A stretch of DNA of 64,000 bases from the NCBI GenBank assembly GCA_963710755.1, contig CAVQBK010000013.1:32001-96000 (forward strand), in the 5' to 3' direction. Positions 20,035 through 28,700 of this stretch are shown here, in pieces (position 1 is the first letter of the stretch; each line of letters starts with the position of its first letter). The notes below the pieces were generated by a model. It ran no database searches. It was not told the DNA's origin and was given only the letters and a program-made list of their open reading frames with translations. The translations under genes and the position numbers were made by a program. Source of the stretch: an uncultured bacterium. Its GTDB lineage: Bacteria > Oederibacteriota > JAAXVQ01 > JAUVAV01.

Positions 20035-20255
20035 TGTTTTTCCTTTTTGTTTGCAAGCAAACGGAGATTTAACCCCGTCCAAGCTATGCTTGGAATGACT
20101 TGGGCGCAGGCATATCGGGCACGCCTGTACTGCTGAGTCATTTCAAAACAATAGGCTGACTGCAGGGTTTTCATAAATGAGCGGTTTTTCTGCCGATGAT
20201 TCTTTAGGGTATTAGGAAAAAACGGAAGGTTGTTTTTGCTCGTCATGAAGTCAAT

Positions 20256-20283
20256 AGTATACGCTTTTTCCTTAAAAAGGCAA
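20256..20283 (-). promoter_or_regulatory. Candidate promoter giving a ~215-nt leader for the helicase
   Basis: TTGCCT-N16-TATACT on the minus strand. Confidence 0.4.
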
Positions 20284-20527
20284 TTAAAACCTTTGCTCAA
20301 ATCAAATTATTTTTTGCCACAAGTTTGGTGATCTCATGGCCAAGCTGAGATGGTAAGGCCGCCGTTCATCGCTTGAGTCCAACTTCAACCATTGTAAATC
20401 CATGCCCTTCAGAGTACAGTCATTACTGTCACAAGTACCACCAAACCATTGACTAAGAGCTAGTGTCAAAAAAGCAGAGATTAAAGCTGGTATGAATCAA
20501 ACATCAGAGTAATAAGAGGAGGCTTCC

Positions 20528-21109
20528 ATGACAAAAAACGTTCTGGTTTTTCTAGGTCATCCTAATAAAGACAGTTTTGACGGCGCACTGGCAGAAGCTT
20601 ATGCTCAAGGTGCCCGGAGTGCCGGCGCCAATGTAAAAGTAATGAAAATTGGTGACATAAAATTTGATCCTATTTTATGGAAAGGGTACAATGCCATCCA
20701 GGAATTGGAACCCGATCTTAAAGAAGCGCAAAACAACATTAAATGGGCGCACCATATTGTTTTTGTTTATCCCACCTGGTGGTCTACCATGCCGGCGTTG
20801 TTGAAGGGCTTTTTTGACCGTATCTGGCTTCCCGGATTTGCCTTTCATTATGAAAACGGTAATTTAAGACCCAAAAAAAAGTTAACCAACCGGTCCGCCC
20901 ACTTAATTTTCACCATGGATTCACCCCCCTGGTATTACGGCTTATTCATGCACGCACCCGGTCATACCATGATGAAAAAGGGCCTTCTTCACTTCAGCGG
21001 CATCCGGCCGGTACGGACCACTGAGATTGGATCCATCAAAACCTCCTCCAAGGAAAAACGGCAGCATTGGCTGGAGATGGTTAACCGTCTCGGCAGCAAA
21101 TTAAAATAA
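20528..21109 (+). CDS. Flavodoxin-fold NAD(P)H-dependent oxidoreductase
   Basis: GHPNKDSF, YPTWW..MPALLKGFFDR. Confidence 0.92.
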   Translation: MTKNVLVFLGHPNKDSFDGALAEAYAQGARSAGANVKVMKIGDIKFDPILWKGYNAIQELEPDLKEAQNNIKWAHHIVFVYPTWWSTMPALLKGFFDRIWLPGFAFHYENGNLRPKKKLTNRSAHLIFTMDSPPWYYGLFMHAPGHTMMKKGLLHFSGIRPVRTTEIGSIKTSSKEKRQHWLEMVNRLGSKLK

Positions 21110-21187
21110 AGGTCTGCTCCCACGGTGATGGTGGTGGTCCCAATTAAAAATGAGGCCCGGGAAATATGATCAAATTAAGCTTGATCG

Positions 21188-23023
21188 TTATAGACCGACC
21201 GGTTTGGGGCCGTGGTGTTTCTGGCCTTTGGCAATGCCTAAATATAAGGCGCTGTTGATTAATCCAATATGGCTGAAAGCTTGGGGGAAATTGCCAATCA
21301 ATTTACGGGTGGCTCCATCCACTTCCTCCGACAGCAGTCCCAAAGAACTGATATAGCTGAGCACCTGTTTGAACAAGTGCTCAGCTTCGTCGATCTTCCC
21401 GACTAAAGAAAGAGCCTTTACCAGCCAAAATGAACATAGTAAGAAGCTCCCTTCCTGTCCAGGCAACCCGTCAGCGCTTTGGTAGCGCAGCACCAGACCA
21501 TGGCCAACCAAAAGATGCTTCTTAACCGCCTCAATAGTTCCCAAGACGCGTTCATCCGTGGGGGGCAGAAAATTAACAAAAGGGATCAATAGGTTGGTGG
21601 CATCCAGAATTTCACTGTCAAAGGACTGGACAAAGCTGTTCAATTCAGGATTGAATCCGCGGGATAGAATGGACTCTTTAATCTCGGCCGCGACCTTTTT
21701 CCATTCGGCCAGCGGGGCCTGAAAAGATTTTGCTTGAGCCATTTTAATCCCCCGGTCCAGCGCCACCCAGCACATCAGTTTGGAATAGACAAAATGATTG
21801 GGTCCGCTGCGCATTTCCCATATACCTGAATCCGGTTCTTTCCAAATTTGAATGACATAATTAACCAAGTCCCTGATCTTCTCCCAATCTCTCTGGTTCA
21901 GGGTTTCTCCATACCGGGTGGTTTCATAGAGGGCATTTATCAATTCCCCAAAGATATCATGCTGGTGTTGATCGGCGGCGGCATTGCCAATGCGCACCGG
22001 GCTGGAATCCTTATAGCCTGATAAATGTTGAAGCACTTTCTCTTCCAGATCGGCTTCCCCATGCAAACCGTACATAATCTTCAGGTGTTCCGGGTCCTTG
22101 GCTTGCTGGAGAACCCCTTTAATCCAACGGCGAAAGGCGCGGGCTTCTTCCTCGTGTCCAAGATGAAAAAGAGCCTGAACCGTAAAAGCCGAATCTCTTA
22201 TCCAGGCGTAACGATAATCCCAGTTGCGCAGGCCGCCGATGCGTTCTGGTAATGATGTGGTGGCAGCCGCGGCAATGGCGCCATTATCAGGATTGGCCAG
22301 TAATTTCAAAACCAATCCCGAACGAATAACCAATTCCTGCCAAGGCGCGTTCACCATGGATAAGGAAGGGCTGGTATGACGGGCCCAATGTTGCCAATAG
22401 TGTTTGGTCTGTTGTAAATATTCTGCACAGCGTTGGGGATCAAGGGGATGGTCATCATTGTAGGACATAATAGTCCAGGCTTGATCGCCGGCTTTGCCCT
22501 GTATGATCCCCTCGGCCTGCTGTTCATTCAATTCAAGCTTTACCGAGATCTGCAGAAATATGAAATGATCACTTCCCGGCTCAGCGGCTTTAAGCCCCTG
22601 CTCCAGAGCAGTCCACTTCGGTGGAAAGGCTCCATAGGACCAGCGCGGTTTAAAGTGGACCCCTAATTCCACCGTGCCCTTCTCCCAACTGATTTTTCGA
22701 AAAAGGGCGCGTCTATACTGATGATGCCCTCTTTTATCCACAGGCATAAAGTCAGTGATGCTTACGATGCCCAGCGGTGTGGTAAAGGTGGTCTTAAGAA
22801 TATTGGTATCGTCCTCATAAACCTGGATGGATTTATATTTAGTTACCGGCCGCAAGGAAAATTGCCCGCCCCCTTGTGTATCCAATAAGGCGGCAAATTG
22901 CGCCGGTGATTCCAGATAGGGGAAACACAACCAGTCCACCGACCCATCGCGGCCGATGAGGCCGCAGGTCTCCAAATTGCCCACAATGCCATAATCTTCA
23001 ATATCTTTAAATACATGCTCCAT
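21188..23023 (-). CDS. Glycoside hydrolase family 15 (trehalase/glucoamylase-like)
   Basis: TTSLPE, RNWDYRYAWIRD, DSGIWEMR, GLLSEE, GNFPQAFSH. Confidence 0.95.
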   Translation of the reverse strand: MEHVFKDIEDYGIVGNLETCGLIGRDGSVDWLCFPYLESPAQFAALLDTQGGGQFSLRPVTKYKSIQVYEDDTNILKTTFTTPLGIVSITDFMPVDKRGHHQYRRALFRKISWEKGTVELGVHFKPRWSYGAFPPKWTALEQGLKAAEPGSDHFIFLQISVKLELNEQQAEGIIQGKAGDQAWTIMSYNDDHPLDPQRCAEYLQQTKHYWQHWARHTSPSLSMVNAPWQELVIRSGLVLKLLANPDNGAIAAAATTSLPERIGGLRNWDYRYAWIRDSAFTVQALFHLGHEEEARAFRRWIKGVLQQAKDPEHLKIMYGLHGEADLEEKVLQHLSGYKDSSPVRIGNAAADQHQHDIFGELINALYETTRYGETLNQRDWEKIRDLVNYVIQIWKEPDSGIWEMRSGPNHFVYSKLMCWVALDRGIKMAQAKSFQAPLAEWKKVAAEIKESILSRGFNPELNSFVQSFDSEILDATNLLIPFVNFLPPTDERVLGTIEAVKKHLLVGHGLVLRYQSADGLPGQEGSFLLCSFWLVKALSLVGKIDEAEHLFKQVLSYISSLGLLSEEVDGATRKLIGNFPQAFSHIGLINSALYLGIAKGQKHHGPKPVGL

Positions 23024-23054
23024 CCACCCTCACCTCCCATGCACTAGGGCTCTA

Positions 23055-24449
23055 TTAAGAGCCTCCCATGGCGCGAGGATGCTTGCCTGCTTGCCAATGG
23101 GCTTCAATCTGTTCCAAACTGCGTCCTTTGGTTTCAGGCACCAGGAAAAAGGAAAAGAACCATGAGCCCAGCCCAACGGCAGCATAAATCCAAAACGTGC
23201 CCGGCCTGCCCACAGCCTGAACCAAGGTTAAAAAGGTAAGCGCCACAATCAGATTGGCGCCCCAGTTGGTCACGGTGGCTGCACTCATGGCCAAACCACG
23301 TACTTTCAAAGGATAGATTTCCGAAATTAACAGCCAGAACACAGGCCCCAAGCCAATGGCAAAAGAGGCTACATAAACCATCAAGCTGGCCGTGGCCAAT
23401 GTACCCATGGCCGGCAAGGTTCCGGCCCATTGAAAACAAGCCCCCAAAGCGACTAGACTCAAGACCATTCCCGCCGAGCCGATGAGCAGCAAAGGCCGTC
23501 TGCCCACCCGGTCCAAAAGCAACAGAGACACCAATGTAAATATCATGTTGACCACACCCACCCCCACGGTGGCAAAGATGGCGGCTGCCGACGATTTAAT
23601 CCCGGCAAATTGAAAAATCATGGGTGCATAATAAATAACCGTATTAATGCCCGTCACCTGTTGCAGCACGGCCAAGCCCATGCCCACGATCAGGGCCGGA
23701 CGCAGGCTGGCTTGGAGCAATTCCTTCCAGCCATGGCCGGCTTGTTTGGACAAGCTGCGTTGGATTTCCCGGACTTCTCCCTCCACATCAAAGCCTTTGG
23801 GCCGGATGCGTTTTAAAACAGCTTTGGCTTTATCAGCTTGTTGACGGCTTGTCAGCCAGCGCGGACTTTTAGGCATAAAGAGCATACCCACCGCCAGTAC
23901 TAATGCCGGAATGGCGGCCAGGGCAAACATACCGCGCCAGTCCTGTTTTCCTGCCAGCATATAACCGATCAGGTAAGAAACCACAATCCCAACCGTAATG
24001 GCCAATTGATTAAGCGAAACCAGACTGCCCCTCACCCGCTCCGGTGAAACTTCAGAAATATACATGGGCGCTGTAAAGGAGGCCACGCCAATCGCCATGC
24101 CTACCACCACCCGCCCAGTAATTAACCAGAACACCGTGGGCACCACGGCCGTGCCTATGGCGCCAAAGGCAAAGACAAAGCCTGCCACAATAATCACCTT
24201 GCGCCGGCCCCAGCTATCAGCCAACTTACCGCCCAACGCAGCACCCGCGACCGCGCCCAGGAGCACTGCACTCACCACGATTTCCTGAAGGGTGGAAGAA
24301 AGTGAAAACGCTTTGGCAATAAATAAAATGGCACCGGAAATGACTCCCGTATCATAACCGAACAACATGCCGCTCAACGCGGACAGCGCTGCGGCGACAT
24401 AAATAAAAAATGGATTTTTTCCCGACGTCTTATCTTTGTCATCATCCAT
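23055..24449 (-). CDS. Sugar porter family MFS transporter
   Basis: FGYDTGVISGA, GRRK, PKSPRWL, QQVTGIN, PETKG. Confidence 0.96.
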   Translation of the reverse strand: MDDDKDKTSGKNPFFIYVAAALSALSGMLFGYDTGVISGAILFIAKAFSLSSTLQEIVVSAVLLGAVAGAALGGKLADSWGRRKVIIVAGFVFAFGAIGTAVVPTVFWLITGRVVVGMAIGVASFTAPMYISEVSPERVRGSLVSLNQLAITVGIVVSYLIGYMLAGKQDWRGMFALAAIPALVLAVGMLFMPKSPRWLTSRQQADKAKAVLKRIRPKGFDVEGEVREIQRSLSKQAGHGWKELLQASLRPALIVGMGLAVLQQVTGINTVIYYAPMIFQFAGIKSSAAAIFATVGVGVVNMIFTLVSLLLLDRVGRRPLLLIGSAGMVLSLVALGACFQWAGTLPAMGTLATASLMVYVASFAIGLGPVFWLLISEIYPLKVRGLAMSAATVTNWGANLIVALTFLTLVQAVGRPGTFWIYAAVGLGSWFFSFFLVPETKGRSLEQIEAHWQAGKHPRAMGGS

Positions 24450-24529
24450 AAAGCTATCTCCCCTCTTTGCCGCAACCACCCCTGCCTTCTGCGCTCCAAT
24501 CTGGGTTCTGTGCTTATGCGGCCTAGGTC

Positions 24530-25531
24530 TTATTTGGACAATAGTTTTACAGCTTGCCTGATCATTTGATTGGCATAGCCCCACTCATTGTCATACCAGC
24601 TCATGACTTTGACCAAATCCTTGTCAATCACTTGCGTCATGTTTAAATCAACAATGGAACCATGTGGATCCTGAACAATATCAGAGGATACAAGTTCATC
24701 TTCCGTCACAGCCAAGGCTTCGCGATAGCGTTCACTGTTGGCCTCTTCGCGAAAAATCCGGTTCACTTCTTCCACACTGGTTTCTTTGCCGACCAACATG
24801 GTGATATCGGCCAAGGAGCCTACAGGTACCGGGGCCCTTACGGCCACGCCATTAAATCGGCCTTCCAATTCCGGCAAGACTTTGGTGGTGGCAATAGCCG
24901 CGCCTGTGCTGGCCGGCACGAGATTGGCGGCCGCTGCCCGACCGCGCCGCAATCTTTTGGCCGGACCATCTACCAGTGATTGGGTAGATGTATAAGCGTG
25001 AATAGTGGTCAGTCCTGCTTTTTTAATGCCCAAATGCCGGTTGATAATTTCCACGACCGGTGTGATGCAATTGGTAGTGCAACTGGCGCAGGAAATGATT
25101 TGTGTGTCTTCGCTCACCTCCGGTCCGGTGCCAAAAACCACCGTGGCCAGCTCAGGGCTTTTGGTTGGAGCCGATAAAATCACCTGTTTGGCGCCTGCCT
25201 TAAGGTGTTTCTGCAGATCTTCGGCCTTGGTAAAATGACCGGTACATTCCAATACCAGATCCACTTCCAGGTCTTTCCAGGGCAATTTTTCCGGATCTTT
25301 TTCACTAAAAAAAGCAATGTCCTTATCCTTGATATGGAGCACTTTATCCTTGGCTTGGGCCCGATAATCATACCGGCCATGGACCGTGTCATAATTGATT
25401 AAATAGGCCACATTCTCTATTGGCACCAAATCATTGACCGCCACCAACTCCAAGTCTTCCCGCTTCAGGATAATCTTCAACGCTGCCCTGCCTATTCTAC
25501 CCATGCCATTAATTGCAACTTTGGCCATCAT
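24530..25531 (-). CDS. gap: Type I glyceraldehyde-3-phosphate dehydrogenase
   Basis: INGMGRIGR, ASCTTNC, WYDNEWGY. Confidence 0.96.
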   Translation of the reverse strand: MMAKVAINGMGRIGRAALKIILKREDLELVAVNDLVPIENVAYLINYDTVHGRYDYRAQAKDKVLHIKDKDIAFFSEKDPEKLPWKDLEVDLVLECTGHFTKAEDLQKHLKAGAKQVILSAPTKSPELATVVFGTGPEVSEDTQIISCASCTTNCITPVVEIINRHLGIKKAGLTTIHAYTSTQSLVDGPAKRLRRGRAAAANLVPASTGAAIATTKVLPELEGRFNGVAVRAPVPVGSLADITMLVGKETSVEEVNRIFREEANSERYREALAVTEDELVSSDIVQDPHGSIVDLNMTQVIDKDLVKVMSWYDNEWGYANQMIRQAVKLLSK

Positions 25532-25705
25532 GCACCTCCTCTTTTTTTCTGCTATTTTGACCCAGCGGAGGAGAAGCTGCCAGCGGGATTGGCCACTATT
25601 TATTGATGCCATTCCCCTTGGGCTAATTTTCCCGTAGGATTCTCGATATAAATTAAGGGTGGGATGAGATAAATTCCGGGATAAAGACAAGCAGATGCTG
25701 GTTTT

Positions 25706-28700
25706 TTAAACAGCTGAACCAGGACGTAAAAATCGTTGTTGACGGCCCTTGATTTTTCGTTCTCTTTCGAACAGGTTCCGCGGCGTATGCCCCAAGCTCT
25801 TAAAAGCTGCGTTCAGGTTGATTCGCAAGGACCACCTTAGAAAACCATGCCAGAGCCTGGTCCAACCTAGGTTGGACCAGGACGCGTCCGCTTTCACCAA
25901 CGGGCGGTAGATGTTGGGCAGGGCCACCACAAAGCGTCTTTCGCCTTTCACCATTTCCCAACCCACGTGGAAGTGTTGGCCTGGTCCGCAGATGATGAGG
26001 ATGTCCAGTACCATCTCAGGTTTTTCAAACAAGCCGGCAGCAGCCTTCTCCAGCAGGCTGGCGATGGGGTTGGCGGCATAGGGATTTTGGCCATAACTTT
26101 CTTGAGGATGTTCCAGCGCATGCTTTACGCCCGGAAGATCGCGTACTGTGATGGCGATGGTGTCATCAGTCTGTGATTTTATTCTTATTGCTCTGATCCC
26201 TTGCCAGAGAACGCCTAAGGTTCCGGCCATCACCACTGCAACCGGCACCAGGGTGGAATCCCCAAGAGAAAGCAAGCCCTGCAGCCAAACCGGATTGGCC
26301 CAAAAAGTGCCGGCCTCAGAGGACGTACTGTACGCTAACATCAGCATGAAGGCCAAGGCTCGCACCCTCTTGAAGCGCCCCAAAACAGCCATAGTTCGAT
26401 CCAAATGCCCGGACCAGAAAGGCTGGAAAATTTCCTCCATAACAAACTTAAAATTAAAAACCGCTTGGTCCCATAGATTAACCTTGGGTTCACTCCAGCG
26501 GTCCAAGGCTGATCGAATCTGAACAAGCGAATCCTGCAGAGTTGGTTTAATGAAATTGATCAATTCTCCGGACAGCCAAAACAAAATGAACCCTTTAAGC
26601 AGTTCATCGGTGGCTTGCCGCACGCCCCCGGCTTTGGCTTCCAGCTTGGTGATAAATCGTTGCAACCACACTTGGTCCTGTGTTCCCAGCAGGGTTAAAA
26701 AAGTGAGCAGCAAATATTTGATGGACAGATCGGCTGTATGAAAATGAGTTTTGGCAAAGCGGCGGGCTGCCCGGGCCATCATCATTTTTTTCCACCACGG
26801 CGCGTACAAAAGCTCAGCCATTTTGTCGGCCACGAGCTTACTGAACACACCGGCGTCAGGGACAGGGTCCACGATAAACCCGCTTCGGTTTTGCTGCACC
26901 TGGGCCGGCATGCCGCCTGCATTACGCACGATTGGTGGGATACCCTGGAGCATGGCCTCCACAATGTTAAACTCGAAGCCTTCCCGGTGGCTCAGTTGCA
27001 GGTAAACCATGGGCACATGAAATAATTTCTTCAGAAAAAATAAGGAATTGAGCAGTTGATCGTCACGGGGCATGCGCACAATTTTGATATCGTCCACCAG
27101 CGAAGCCATGGCCGCACGCACCCGGGGATCATCGTCATAAAACAAGTTGATCCAGGCTTTTGAGAGCGGCCGATCAAATTTAAAATCCTGTCCAAAATAC
27201 TGTTGGGCGAAGTCATTCAGCTTCGCCGGGTCCGTATAATACTCATAGCTCATGCCTTGCGCTTTTAGCTGGCAGAGCGTGTAAATGGCATATACATCAG
27301 GATCGTCATTAGCCACATTGCCTTCCAGGACCAGCTGCGGATTAAGCTGATTGATTTCCCGTTGCAAAGCGGCTATATGCCTGCGTTCAAGCCAACGTGG
27401 ATTGGGCCGCGCCTGAAGGCGTTCCAGTTCAGCTTCCAACTTTTGCCGTTGAGGTTGCAATTGCTTTTGCAGTAAATAAAAGGCATTAATAGCATCCTCA
27501 TAGGCTTTGGCAGGATCAAAACGTGCCTTCTGCAAAATGATGGGACGTTGCAGGGAGAGAGCTGTTTGCCCGCCCTGGTCCTGCAAAATGCGGTTAAAGC
27601 GTTGCCCGTAATATGCGGCCAGAGCTTTGGTTCGTGGTTTATTCAGACCAAACCAGTCTCGGGCAGGATACATTTGCAGCATGCGGCCCTTGAATTTATC
27701 AAAAACCTTCGGGGTACCCTCTTTTTCCTGAAACACCATGAGTCCGGCGTTGCTCACGGCATCGGCCAAAAATTCACCATAGCGGGCATTGGGCTGGTCG
27801 GGGTCATCCATTTTGGCACTGTCCAGCTGGATATGGGACCGCCAAAGGATGGGCATATGGAGGCGGGCTAAAAACGGTACTAGCAACGAGGGCTGGGGAT
27901 CATCGACATAAAAGAAAAGATGCTTGTCCTGGTGCTCTTGAATAAATCTTTTCACGCGGGGCTCATTGAAGGCATTAAAGTCGACCAAGGTGGCTTTATT
28001 CTGCTCGGTCAGTTCTTCCTGGCTGACCCCTTGCAGGTTGTTGTGAAATTGCTTGGTGACCAAATAAGGATTGGTGCGCGGTCGGGGTTGAATGACCAGC
28101 CAGTGCACATCCACGCCCAACATGCGTAAAAAACGCAGGTTCTCATGGCGCATGATGGCCACACCGCCGGCAAAGGTGGCCGTATTGACAAACACCAAGG
28201 ATAAGTTCAGTTTAATATAAAGCGCGGCGATAGCCTTTAATGCCCAGTAGCGAAACCAGCCCAGGGCTTTACGATAATCCGCCTTGTCGGCCAGGGGGTG
28301 AATATAGATTTCATCAGTTTGGGGGTTGATATAGCCTTCTTCAGCAGCCACGTACAGGGCCCGGCCAGCCGCCTGGGCGGCGTCTTGTGCAGTTTGAGCA
28401 TGAGAAAAAGGATTGGTGGAAGGTTCGCCCGGCATCGCATAGTCAGGCAAATCATTGGGATAAAACAGGACCGTGTCTGTCCGCCACAGGGCCGCCCGCA
28501 AGGCCCCCGTTTTGCCGCTGAGCGGGGCATGCAACAACCCTGCTGCATCGATACGTACCTGCAAATTCAATTCGCGCCCCAGCACGGTGCGCACTTGTTT
28601 CATTTCCCCAAGCATAACCTTCTGCAACGCACCCGGCGGCGGCAAAGCAGTTTCCCAAGTCACCAGACGGTGCTGCGGTGCCCGAGTAGGATCACTCTCA

